NCBI GenBank assembly: GCA_951406725.2
Contig: OX597829.1
Coordinates: forward strand, 310,001-374,000
Source of the DNA: Octopus vulgaris
Taxonomy: Eukaryota
DNA: 64,000 nt
Direction of reading: 5' to 3'
The position numbers and the translations under genes were made by a program. The notes beneath the pieces are model-generated. The model was not told the DNA's origin and searched no databases. It was given only the letters and a program-made list of their open reading frames with translations. The first letter of the stretch is position 1. Each line of letters begins with the position of its first letter. Shown piece by piece: positions 28,663 to 41,994 of this stretch.

Positions 28663-29060
28663 AAAAAGATTTTTAGAAGAGGGAAATCAAACAATGATCT
28701 GATTTCAATAGTTATGTCGGTTGTCGTAGCCGAGTTATTGTTTTTCAGTTTGATAGAGTACTTGAGAAAGAAGTGAGTGAGACAAGACAAAACATGTTCA
28801 AAAGATTATGACAAGTTTAAATTAGTCAGTCTCAGACTTCTAAAATAGGTGGAAACCCCCCCGCCCCCGATACACCGGACCATTTAAAGTCTGTCTTCAC
28901 GCATACACACATATACACACATACACACGCACATACAAACACACACATAAACACACGCACGCACGCACACATATTAATGAGCACACACGCACACACCTAT
29001 CTACACATGCATACGTGTATATTATATGTACCCCTTCATGTCTACGTGTAAATGCGTGTA

Positions 29061-29116
<56 letters not shown>

Positions 29117-29905
29117 AGTGTGTGTGTGTATGTACATGTGTGTGTGTGAGCGTATATGTACGAGTGAATGAAGTAACGAAAGTAAGCAGTGTTCAATGCA
29201 ATTACTTGGTGTTTTATGCAAATAATAACAGTCTGACTCAGTATTTACAATACCTAAAAATACGTGAGGGTAGGATACGTCCACCAAAGTTTAAGTAATG
29301 TCAAGTTGAATCAAATTGTTGTTAGATATACTAATACAAGCGTCCATGCATACATACATACACACATACATACACACACATACACACATACACACATACA
29401 TACACACATACATACACACATACATAATACATACATACATACAAACATACGTACATATAACTGATTAGGCATTTGTGTAATCATGATATTCTGACAATCT
29501 GAAGAGCTCGCTTTTTACATCTGCATTGTTTTGTAATTTTACAATTGTATTGTGCAACGTGAGGCATGCATGTTGGTACAGACATGTAGAATAATCTATT
29601 ATACACTGAAATTAATATTACTTGATGAAGGCTGCGAAACGGCTGTAATCCTACAGATATCAACAGGTTAAATAAACAGATTCAGCTCATGTCTCCTGAC
29701 TTTTTACTGTCTGTATACTACTCAAGAAATAATTTCATAGACTGGATCTCCTGGAATTCAGTTACAAACAACCCAGCATCATATTCGTCTTTATTGGGTT
29801 ACTATGTGGTAATCTAGCCGCGTCCACTAGAACAATTTTTATGCTATTGCCACAGAATATTATGAATCCATATATTGCACTACAAATTATTATTATTACT
29901 ATTCA

Positions 29906-30100
29906 GGCGGCGAGCTGGTAGAATCGTTAGCACGCTGGACGAAATACTTAGCGGCATTCGTCCTTCTCTACGTTCTGAGACGCCGAGGTTGCCTTTGTCT
30001 TTCATCCTTTCGGGGTCGATAAATTAAGTACCAGTGAAACATTAGGGTCGATGTAATCGACTAGTCACCTCCCCGAAAATTTCAGGCCTTGCCAATTATA
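29906..30100 (+). mobile_element. SINE family A, diverged, alternative tail
   Basis: GGCGGCGAGCTGGTAGAATCGTTAGC...TTCATCCTTTCGGGGTCGATAAATTAAGTACCAG. Confidence 0.85.
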
Positions 30101-30504
30101 GATATAGTCCGTTGGACGGGGATCAGTATAGTTTCCGCGTTTACTACCTTCATTTAAAAGCTTAAGTCTACACGAAAGGAAGATGCATAAGATGCCAAAT
30201 AACGCAATTGAATCTGAAATGGAATATCTATGTAGTGGACTTCTTGACCACAGAGCCATGGCCCTGCACCGACTGAAAGTAAATGAAATTATAACGTAAG
30301 ACATTTGATATGCAATCACTCTTTCAAAGTGATTAATTAGTGGAGAGAAAGAAATCAATATCATTGTTTCATTTACGCCTGCACATCCTATTCACAGTGT
30401 AAAGTGATCGGTTCCTGTTGAATGTAAAAATGAAACCGTTCCGATCCATTATAGAAATCTGATCGTAGAAACGGACACGACTGGCTGACCATGTAATAAA
30501 AGCT

Positions 30505-30540
<36 letters not shown>

Positions 30541-30544
<4 letters not shown>

Positions 30545-30807
30545 TGTGATCACCGTGACCGAACAGGCTATCAGATGTTGCTACACATCGCTGGTCACAA
30601 TGCGTTTCGCATTGTTTTAGCCTTCAAATGACGCCACCCTGCTGGCTAAGCGAGCAGGCCAACAGAAGAAAGAGTGAGAGAAAGTTGTAGTGAAAGAGTA
30701 CAGCAGGGATCACCACCATCCCCTGCCGGAGCATCGTGGAGCTTTAGGAGTTTTCGCTCAATAAACACTCACAACGCCCGGTCTGGGAATCGAAACCGCG
30801 ATCCTAC
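30541..30807 (-). mobile_element. SINE family D
   Basis: Homologous to 11293-11569. Confidence 0.87.
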
Positions 30808-31654
30808 GATATATGTATGTATATATGTATATATACATGTATGTATGTGTGTATACATACACACACGCACAAACACACACACGCACACACATGCTTACAT
30901 ATCATCAACTACATATAAATAACTTATATACTTCCTGTATTTGCCGGTAAGCTGCTGAAGGCGTGGTGGAGAATAATCTCTCAAAGCGCCGGGTGTGGAC
31001 AGGCGAGATAACTCACCTCTAATCCCATCTAGGAGTGATGGCCATCGCCATTTTTGTGCTAGGTGAACATCGGAGATGTATTATTTCGCCAATCCACGAC
31101 CTATGTTACACTAGCTCTGCTTCTAGTTCATATTTCAGTTTATTCTTATGCATTCATTGTAGGGCATACAAGCACATGGTTTGCATGCTATGTGCTCTGC
31201 GACCAGTTCGATATCTGACTTTTGATACACTTGTACACCTTTGCAGGCAATGCCAGTTTGATGGATGTAGCGAGCTAATGTACAGCACATACATCTGATT
31301 ACTACAGATAAATCATTTTTTCAGCGATAACTGCGACTCTTACATTTTCTCGATGGGAAATTCTCTCACACACACGCACGCGAGCAACCAAGCAAGCATT
31401 TCTTTATTCCGTTCTTCCGTTTATCATTGAAGCCCATAAAGTTTCAGATCGTCGACAAAGAGATGTGAGATACTTCAGGATCCATTTCTATGGCCACTAT
31501 GTTTTGTCTGTAGGTTCGTTGGCGGCTTTAATGAGAGGACGAAGAGCAACACTAACAGGCTATCACCTGAAAGACGCCATTTTGTTCATTAATGCTCTCC
31601 GACTCAATCTACTCCTTGTCACCCCTAAGAAGGAAAATGATGTTACAAGTCTTT

Positions 31655-31902
31655 TTTCAATTCAATTCAATTTTTATTGGCTCAAAAAGCAAAAGCAAGG
31701 CCATGTAGGGGATCAGGGAGTTATGTACAGGGAGGGTGGTCATACAAAGAGTTCAGGCCATTTCTGGTCAAGAGAGACTTTGAACCGAGCGGTCGTCGGC
31801 ATCTTCACTATCTCGTCCGGCAGCTTATTCCACGGATCCACAACCCGGACGGAGAAAGACTCTCTCCTTCGATTGAGATGAAATCGTCGTAGATAGAGCT
31901 TT
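31655..31902 (-). mobile_element. CR1-like LINE 3'-terminal fragment
   Basis: KLYLRRFHLNRRRESFSVRVVDPWNKLPDEIV...FKVSLD (CR1 ORF2 C-terminus); (TTGAA)n tail. Confidence 0.82.
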
Positions 31903-32071
31903 GGTCAGGCATTCAATAAAATTCACAAGTGGTTGGAGAACTTTGGCTAACTGTAAGGCCATGATAATCCAACCATGTGGTATACAATCAGAAGCTACGG
32001 TTAAGGTACTGCGATTTTTTTGTTTTTTTCTGGGATACGATTGTTAATTAGTAGCTGTTGTATGCAACACT

Positions 32072-32266
32072 GTATGTATGTATGTATGTATGTATGTGTG
32101 TATGTATGTATGTATGTATGCGTGTATGTATGTATGTGTGTATGTATGTATGTATGTATGTATGTATGTATGTATGTATGTTTGTATGTCTGTATGTATG
32201 TATGTATGTATGTATGTATGTATGCGTGTATGTATGTATGTATGTATGTATGTTTGTATGTCTGTA

Positions 32267-32302
<36 letters not shown>

Positions 32303-32514
32303 TGTATGTATGTATGTATGTATGTATGTATGTATGTATGTATGTATGTTTGTATGTATGTATGTATGTATGTATGTATGTATGTATGTATGTATGTATG
32401 TATGTATGTTTGTATGTCTGTATGTATGTATGTATGTATGTATGTGTGTATGTATGTGTGTATGTATGTATGTGTGTATGTATGTATGTATGTATGTATG
32501 TTTGTATGTCTGTA

Positions 32515-32550
<36 letters not shown>

Positions 32551-33330
32551 TGTATGTATGTATGTATGTATGTATGTATGTTTGTATGTCTGTATGTATG
32601 TATGTGTGTATGTATGTATGTATGTATGTATGTATGTATGTATGTATGTATGTATGTATGTATGTTTGTATGTCTGTATATATATATGTATGTATGTGTG
32701 TATGTATGTATGTATGTATGTATGTATGTATGTGTGTATGTATGTGTGTATGTATGTATGTATGTATGTATGTATGTATGTATGTATGTATGTATGTATG
32801 TATGTGTGTATGTATGTATGTATGTATGTATGTATGTATGTATGTATGTATGTATGTATGTATGTATGTATGTATGTATGTATGTTTGTATGTCTGTATG
32901 TATGTATGTATGTATGTATGTATGTTTGTATGTCTGTATGTATGTATGTATGTATGTATGTATGTATGTATGTATGTATGTATGTATGTATGTATGTATG
33001 TATGTATGTATGTATGTATGTATGTATGTATGTATGTATGTATGTTTGTATGTCTGTATGTATGTATGTATGTATGTATGTATGTTTGTATGTCTGTATG
33101 TATGTATGTATGTATGTATGTATGTTTGTATGTCTGTATGTATGTATGTATGTGTGTATGTATGTATGTATGTATGTATGTATGTATGTATGTATGTATG
33201 TATGTGTGTATGTATGTATGTATGTATGTATGTATGTATGTATGTATGTATGTATGTATGTATGTATGTATGTGTGTATGTATGTATGTATGTATGTATG
33301 TATGTATGTGTGTATGTATGTATGTATGTA

Positions 33331-33366
<36 letters not shown>

Positions 33367-33700
33367 TGTATGTATGTATGTGTGTATGTGTGTGTGTTTG
33401 TATGTATGTATGTATGTATGTACGTATGTATGTAAGTATGTATGTATGTATGTATGTGTGTATGTGTGTATGTATGTATGTATGTATGTGTGTATGTATG
33501 TATGTTTGTATGTCTGTATGTATGTATGTATGTATGTATGTATGTATGTATGTATGTACGTACGTATGTATGTATGTATGTATGTGTGTATGTATGTATG
33601 TGTGTATGTATGTATGTGTGTATGTATGTATGCATGCATGCATATGCATGCATGTATGTATGTATGTATGTATATACGCATGCATATATTCATGTATGTA
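32072..33700. repeat. ~1.6 kb (TATG)n tract with recurrent TTTG-TATG-TCTG variant
   Basis: Direct reading. Confidence 0.97.
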
Positions 33701-33844
33701 TTTATGTATGCGTTTGTATGTATATATGTGTATGAATGTATGATTTTATGTCTGTATATATGTATGAATATATATCTATTTACGTCTATGCACAAGATTA
33801 TATGTGTGTGCGTATGCATATATCTATTTTTAGTAAAAACGTGT

Positions 33845-33875
<31 letters not shown>

Positions 33876-34011
33876 TGTGTGTGTAAGTAAATATGTAAAT
33901 ACATATGAAAATACGTAGCTGAGCACGAAAACACAAATAATCGCATTCACATATCCACACACACAGACATTCATTTACAACAAACATTCTGTCTGTCTTT
34001 CTTTCTTCCAT

Positions 34012-34108
<97 letters not shown>

Positions 34109-34841
34109 CACGCAGAGAAGTCAACCGTGGACACGCGCGCAAGGCACTTTACCTTCCACATACGCTCCACAAACTTACACATGTAAATATATTCTATCAA
34201 ATATGTATGAGAGTGAGAGAGACAGAGAGAGATATATAGAACAGAGGGGGGAAAGAGAGAAGGAGAAAGATAAAGAAGGGAAAGAGAGATAGAGAAGGGG
34301 GAACGCTTAAAGAATGATAGATAGAGATTGAAGTGATACAGACAGTGAAATATAGACCTCAGATCGACCCAGATAGACACACAATCAGACGGAGCAGTTA
34401 TTTTCTGCACGGTGAATACTATTTAATAGCATTGATACACAAATACAATCATATCTTACTACTATCTAAGACGCCATTTCGATTTCTTGTTATTTCATTT
34501 TCTTTTGTTATTTTGTTTTATGTTTTGCCTTCTGTTTGTCTTTGTTTCTCTATCTCATGTACATGAACGCTATCAATATCATTCAATCACGTTTTTTTTC
34601 CTTTTCTTATGATGTTGCGACCCCCCCCCCCCTTGTGGTTGTTGTTAACGTTTGTTTTCGCTTGTTCTTGTTCTTACTCGTTTCTTTTTGCCCACTGTAG
34701 TTTACGCGTTCGTATTTCTTTTGCTGCTGCTGCTTGACGACGAAGTTGTTGCGATTATTTTTACGTATACTTACTTATCCTCATGGATTTCTGATATTTC
34801 CGTTTTTATTTCCTTCATATACATATATATATATACATACA

Positions 34842-34889
<48 letters not shown>

Positions 34890-34969
34890 CATCTATATAT
34901 ATATATATATACATACATCTATATATATATATATACATACATACATACATACATACATACATACATACA

Positions 34970-35001
<32 letters not shown>

Positions 35002-35089
35002 CCCAAATATATATATATATATATAAATTTCTTTTTTATTTCATATTTATTCCATTGTTTGAACCTGCGATATTTCTTATTTATTGCTC

Positions 35090-35250
<161 letters not shown>

Positions 35251-35630
35251 TCTATTTATTCATTTGTTGTATTTTTCACATATATATTTTTTCTTTATCA
35301 ATATTTTGCTTCATTTCTTCATTTTCCTTTCTTTTATCATCATTCCTTTATCTCTCCATCTATTTATAAACTTATTTCATCTTTCCTGTTTTTCTTATAA
35401 TTTTTTTTTCTGGTCCTTTCCCTTTCCATCAGTTATTTCCTGATAAATATAAAACAGAAGACATTTAAAAAATTACAAATATCTTGCTATTTTGCAACAA
35501 ATACATAATGTTACGTACGAATAAACACACAGGAGATATAAATACATACACACATGAATGTATTCAATTATCTATCCATCTTCCTACATACCTATACACA
35601 CACACACACATTGTTAGATCCCTTTTTCGC

Positions 35631-35671
<41 letters not shown>

Positions 35672-35733
35672 AATAAAATATATGCATATATATAAACATA
35701 TATGTACGTACCTACCTCTACATGTACATATAC

Positions 35734-35775
<42 letters not shown>

Positions 35776-35799
35776 ATATCATGAATATATAATATATAG

Positions 35800-36220
35800 C
35801 CGAAGACATGGCTATGTGGTGAGAAGCTTGCTTTCTAACCACTTAGTTCAGGGTTCAGTCTCTTAGCGTGGTACCTTCGGCAAGTGTCTTCTATAGCCTC
35901 AGGCCGACCATAGTCCTCTGAGTGGATTTGGTAGATGGAAACTGAAAGAAGCCCATCGTGTATGTATATGTATAAATATATGTATAAAAATGTGTGTGTG
36001 TGTGTGTGTGTCTTTGTGTCTGTTTGTCGCTCCATCACCGCTTGACAACTGGTGTTGGTATGTTTATATCTCCGTAACTTAGTGGTTCGGCAAAATAGGC
36101 CGTTAGAATAAGTACTAAGCTTTAAATGAATAAAAAAAGGCGTTGATTTGTGTGACGAAAACCCTTCAAGCCGGTGGTCCAGCATGGCTGTAATCAAATA
36201 ATCGAAAAAAGTAAAAGAAT
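35800..36220 (+). mobile_element. SINE family B
   Basis: Family B head, core and tail, moderately diverged. Confidence 0.88.
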
Positions 36221-36626
36221 AGTGGCTGTGTGGTAAGTAGCTCGCTTACCAACCACATGGTTCCGGGTTCAGTCCCACTGCGTGGCACCTTGGGCAAGTG
36301 TCTTCTGCTATAGCCCCGGGCTGACCAAAGCCTTGTGAGTGGATTTGGTAGACGGAAACTGAAAGAAGCCCATCGTACATATATATGTATATTATGTATG
36401 TGTGTATATATGTGTATTTATGTCTGTGTTTGTCCCCACCCCCAACATCGCTTGACAACCGATGCTGGTGTGTTTATATTCCCGTAACTTAGTGTTTCGG
36501 CAAAAGAGACCGATAGAATAAGTACTAGTCTTACAAAGAATAAATCCTGGGGCCGATTTGCTCGACTAAAGGCGGTGCTCCAGCATGACCGCAGTTAAAT
36601 GACTGAAACAAGTAAAAGAGTAAGAG
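36221..36626 (+). mobile_element. SINE family B (head-to-tail with the previous copy)
   Basis: GTGGCTGTGTGGTAAG...GGCACCTTGGGCAAGTG...GGCGGTGCTCCAGCATG...GAAACAAGTAAAAGAG. Confidence 0.93.
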
Positions 36627-37017
36627 TATATATATATATATATATACGCACATACACACATACGCACACAGATCGTTTTCCGTATGTGTGTGTGTGTTTA
36701 TGAATTCATGTTGCAAGATTCCTCTTGTGAAACCGTGTGCTGAAACAGATATTGCTGTTTCGAGACGGTCATTTTTTTAATAATTTTAGCAAAATACTAC
36801 GCGGAGCAGAAGGATACACGTGGATAGAGAGGGTCGCTGAAGAGGTCATATATGTCTGACGAAAGATCTCCAGACAATGGACATAAGATAACATAAGAAC
36901 ATTTATAAAAAGCGAAGAACGAAGATACAGTGCAATGTTTATTTGGCAAAAAAAAAAAAAATAATAATAATAATAATAATAAGAGCAATAACAACAACAA
37001 CAATAATTATGATGATG

Positions 37018-37063
<46 letters not shown>

Positions 37064-37113
37064 TAACGATAATGATAACGATAATGATAATAATAATAAT
37101 AATAATAATAATA

Positions 37114-37191
<78 letters not shown>

Positions 37192-37194
37192 CAT

Positions 37195-37791
37195 TGAGTG
37201 AGAGAGCAGTTCATGCCATCAAAGTGACACTGGGGTAAAATATACGAAGCCCAATATACCCATCATGACTACCCGTCTGATAAAGGTACACCAGGCACAT
37301 GCATCACAACCATATGTGCGCGACATGGTGATCTCATATCAAGATAAACAGCACATGACCTTGCAGGTGGGGCCCAGTTAGAATTTTCTTCAGGTTGAGT
37401 AGCCCATCCTGCTCAAACGGTCCCTGAATAAGGGTTGTTTAAGGATGTTGAAAGAACCACCCATGTTTCCAGAGGGGAACTATTCAAACCCCAAAGAATC
37501 CCTCTCAACACATGGCTATGATGCTCCCCCACTACTTCTGCTCGTGATCATAGATGCACATATCGTCAGCCACTAAGGGACATGCTCAACTGGTTAAGGT
37601 CAAACAACTGACAAGCAAATCTGTGGTATTGAGCAGAATATTTGCTGTAGCCCATCTTTTATACCAAGACAAAACAATGTACATGATAACACTTCCAATC
37701 AGTTAAGATCAGAAGCCATGAGAGCCACTGCCTGGTACTGCATCAGGGCATTGTGGTATTGAGCAGAATATTTGTTGTAGCCCATCTTTTA
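37195..37791 (-). mobile_element. 555-bp non-coding element in (TAA)n, copy 1 (plus 40-bp junction duplication)
   Basis: Highly similar to 48791-49348 with the same ends; 37752-37791 repeats 37622-37661; strand inferred from (TAA)n polarity. Confidence 0.8.
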
Positions 37792-37873
37792 TTATTATTA
37801 TTATTATATATGGTTTCAGTGCGAATGGTTTTGTTAGATGACACCGTATTTTACAATCCTGTAAAGAATAATA

Positions 37874-38103
37874 ATGGTATTTTACGTTAGCTTAAATCTT
37901 ATGGCGATCACCGTGCAATAACTAAGGAAAATAGTCTAATAACGAGGCATATAAGCCCTCGACAAAAAAGAAGAGGGCTTTCCCACGCAGATAGGAAAGC
38001 TTTTTTTTTTCTGCCGAGGGCTTCTATGCCTCAATATTATATTAGTTTCCTTAGTTGTTGCACAGTGATCGCCATAACGTTTAAGCTTATACAAAAATAC
38101 CAT
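37874..38103. mobile_element. Foldback/MITE-like ~230-bp imperfect hairpin
   Basis: Arms 37874-37983 and 37994-38103 (TTATGGCGATCAC.GTGCAA / TTGCACAGTGATCGCCATAA). Confidence 0.7.
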
Positions 38104-38109
38104 ATATAT

Positions 38110-38307
38110 CAGTGCTTTTCAAACTTTTTGCTGGAGCGGAACCCCAAGGAAACATTCCACTGGCTCGAGGAACCCCTGTGCAATAATTTAATAGTCTTAT
38201 GCACACATATCTGCACAGGAGAATTAAAAATTACTGCCGATTTTAGCAGTTTTGTAACTTCTTGCGGAACCCCTGGACTGTGCTGGTGGAACCCTGGTTG
38301 AAAACCA

Positions 38308-38310
<3 letters not shown>
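38110..38310. mobile_element. hAT (Charlie-like) MITE
   Basis: TIR CAGTGSTTTTCAAMC, internal GGAACCCC repeats, 8-bp ATATATAT flanks. Confidence 0.82.
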
Positions 38311-38388
<78 letters not shown>

Positions 38389-38390
<2 letters not shown>

Positions 38391-38548
38391 GACGCGCTTC
38401 TTTCAGTTTTCGTCGAATTTCGCTCACAAGATTTTGGCCGCCTCGTGGCTATAGTAGAAGGCACTTGCCCAAGGTGCCATGCAATTGTACTGAAACTGTG
38501 ACCATGTAGTTGAGGAGTAAGCTTCTTACCACATAGCCATGCCTGCAC
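38389..38548 (-). mobile_element. SINE family B, 5' half
   Basis: CACTTGCCCAAGGTGCCA...CTTACCACATAGCCA. Confidence 0.8.
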
Positions 38549-38549
38549 C

Positions 38550-38603
<54 letters not shown>

Positions 38604-38721
38604 TGTATATACTTATATGAGTGTGTGTAATTATTCATATATGAATACAAATATACTTAAATATACACACACAAACACGAATACAGACACGCAAACAAAC
38701 ACAACACACATACACGCACGC

Positions 38722-38773
<52 letters not shown>

Positions 38774-39031
38774 TAACCGCCCGTGCCAAAAGGATAGTAA
38801 ACCCGATGTTGCACATTCTGCTATGAGTAGTAGTAAGTTATAGTTCAGTACGTCACGCTATAATACTAAAAATGAAAAAAACACATTGGATCAATGGATG
38901 ATGAGAACTTACCTATTCAATGCACGAAAGAAAGACAAGATGATCATTGATGTAATCCTTTTAACGTAGGTCTGATAACTATGATATGAAGCTAAACAAT
39001 ATCGACTTTACTGCACTGAAGTCATCAAAAA

Positions 39032-39232
39032 GGCGGCGAGTTGCTTTGCGGTATTTCGTCTGCCGTTACGTTCTGAGTTCAAATTCCGCCGATGTCGACT
39101 TTGCCTTTCATCCTTTCGGGGTCGATTAAATAAGTTCCAGTTACGCACTGGGGTCGATGTAATCCACTTAATCCGTCTGTCTGTCCTTGTTTGTCCCCTC
39201 TGTGTTTAGCCCCTTCTGGGTAGTGAAGAAAT
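39032..39232 (+). mobile_element. SINE family A with internal deletion
   Basis: Consensus match; TSD-like ACTGAARTCATCA. Confidence 0.9.
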
Positions 39233-39319
39233 ATGTACTGAAATCATCATTCTCCAAATATGGCTATAAAATTTCATAATACTACAAAAGTACACCTTAT
39301 CATACTTTTAAATGTCATG

Positions 39320-39570
39320 AGTTCAATTCCTGGAAAGGGCGGCGTGTCACTTTCTTGAGCAAGACATTCGTTTCAGGTTTTTCCATGCCACTCAGCTGTA
39401 AATGTGTGACACCGCTGACGGAATAATCTTCCGATCAATGGAGATATTGACCTGCTCACGTTGTCAGCGGAGTGGCATCATTTTCAGTGCTTAATCAATA
39501 TGAAATGCATTGTAACCAGTGATGTATAACGAACATCCGATTGCGTGGAGGATAGCATGATGCCGTGATA
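39320..39570 (+). mobile_element. Old SINE related to family D
   Basis: B-box GAGTTCAATTCC; tail TGCATTGTAACCAGTGATGTATAAC resembles the family D tail. Confidence 0.55.
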
Positions 39571-39688
39571 TCACACTTCTACAACTTCGTGGTGAAATCA
39601 GTCGTTCTTATATCACCGAGACTAAATATACGAACAATATTGTTCCCACGTATGTCAGTCATGCGTTTCAAGCAACTTCAAAAATATA

Positions 39689-39724
<36 letters not shown>

Positions 39725-39762
39725 TATATATATAATAATGATAATAATATTTATTATTATCA

Positions 39763-39828
<66 letters not shown>

Positions 39829-40654
39829 ATAATATATATATATATATCAACAAATATACAAGTATACATGAAAATATATAAACATACACAAATGCACTTA
39901 TTGATATATGCGAGTGCGCGATTGCATGTGTATGTATATGTATGTATGCACACACACAAATGCACATAAGACACAAACATATATAGATATGCACACACTG
40001 AGAATAATATTATTTATTATAAAAGAACAAAGTTTACCTTCCGATCAAGACCTTTTGTTTCCGTTTAGTGTAGGGCATCATCAGAAATTACAAGGGTTCA
40101 GAATCAAATTTTGCATTGAAAATAAAGCAATATATCCAGTATTCATTTCTTAAGATTAAACACTTCGTTAAATTTGAATTAGCGAGACCAGAAAATGATA
40201 AAAACAATGAACCGTAATTACGGCTAAACGCACAAAGGGGCATTTAATAGGCTTTCCATTTGTCAGAATCGGGATGTTTGTTTTTCTTTCATTTTTTTTC
40301 TTTTTTTTTTTCTTGAACACCAGAACTACTTCAGTCGTTGTTAGAAATTTGGACGATGCATAGATTCTTAACCATTTTCCAGTTTTTAAAATAGAAATCC
40401 ATTAATGGAAGCACAATGCTTTCTCTGTATAAACTGTGTAGATTCGAAACCTTCCAAATAAAATTATATTTCACGTAAGCTGAATTCCTCTTCAAAATAA
40501 AGAAAATATCGAAAATAAGGAAAATTCTAAACGCAGCCGTTTCGGTTTTCCCATCCATTCAATACACTTCAAAGTCGAGCTGAAGGAAGGATCATGAAGA
40601 ACTTCGACTAAACAACTAAAACCCTGAGATTAACTTTGGTTTCCTTTTATCTGT

Positions 40655-41052
40655 TTTCTACTTGTTTCAGACATTAGATTTTGGCCATGCTGGACCACCG
40701 CCTTGAAGGGTTTTAGTCGAACAAATCGACTTAGTTTTTTTTTCCGGCGTATTACTTAATCTATCGGTCGCTTTTGCCGAACCGTTAAGTTACGAGGACG
40801 TGAACACACCAACACTGGTTGTGAAGCGTTGGTATTAGTGGTAGTGATGGTGGTGGTCAAGCGCAGACACAAAGACACACGCATGCACACACAGATGGAT
40901 TCAACATGGCTTCTTGCAGTTTCCGTCTACCAAAGCCACTCACAAGTCATTAGTAGGCTCGAGGCTATAGTTGAAGACATTTACCAGGGTGACATGCAAT
41001 GGAACTGAACCCGGGACCGTGTGTTTGGGAAGCAAACTTCTTACCACATAGC
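40655..41052 (-). mobile_element. SINE family B, diverged
   Basis: Tail GCCATGCTGGACCACCGCC, core and head all recognisable. Confidence 0.85.
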
Positions 41053-41235
41053 AACACATTAAAACGAGGCAGAGGGATACAGGTGCGAGGTACCTAAAAT
41101 ATATTTCTATCACTTTGCTGTATATATGCAGCACACCTTTGTTAAATTCATTAATATTTTATGCATTTATTTTATTATATTATTTTATTATTTTATTATA
41201 TTTATTATATAACAACAACAACAATAATTATGATG

Positions 41236-41282
<47 letters not shown>

Positions 41283-41412
41283 TTTAGCCTTAGATAAATT
41301 ATTTAAATCTCAAAAAAACATTTTTTTGCGATTCCCAACCAAAAACAGCCAGGTTCCAATTTTGTTGCCAGCATCTGTACATTGATGAATGTTATGTTTA
41401 TGAAAATATTTG

Positions 41413-41449
<37 letters not shown>

Positions 41450-41688
41450 ATAAAGTGTTGGACAAAAGGGCACCCGATAATAATTTAAAATTCCATAAAT
41501 ACTTAATATTCAATTTCATTTATTCATTCCAATTATGAATGTTTAATAATTGAATGCTGTGAGTTAAAATCATAGCTTTTCTTTTCAAAATTTCTCTATT
41601 TATCAGCGGTCTCATATTAATTTTTATTGTTTCAATCTTGGATTTAAATGTTTTTGATTTACTGTGAGATTATCTTTGGCCAGTCATG

Positions 41689-41719
<31 letters not shown>

Positions 41720-41749
41720 GTAAACTTGTTACCAGTTCTAAAGTGTATT

Positions 41750-41800
<51 letters not shown>

Positions 41801-41804
<4 letters not shown>

Positions 41805-41994
41805 CATAAGGGACTAAAGCCATCTGAATATGGCTAGGGACAGGGCAGGGTGGTGGGGGTGTTACTGTTGCATTTAGCCCCAGGCAGTAACACCCCCACC
41901 ACCCTGCCCTGTCCCTAGCCATATTCAGATGGCTTTAGTCCCTTATGTTATCGAGCAGTTACTGTCTATATCTCTTTTAGAGAATTATTATTGC
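41801..41994 (+). mobile_element. Asymmetric palindromic insert with perfect 67-bp arms (PLE-like terminus)
   Basis: Arms 41801-41867 and 41885-41951, 17-bp spacer, 43-nt tail, (TA)n on both sides. Confidence 0.75.

Noticed and set aside
37520-37750. Short U1/U2 snRNA-like words in the 555-bp element
   Set aside because: Matches of 10-11 nt only, with wrong spacing and no Sm site or 5' end
40030-40095. Minus-strand CTGATGA...GAAAC...GTC hammerhead candidate
   Set aside because: Stems I and II do not pair
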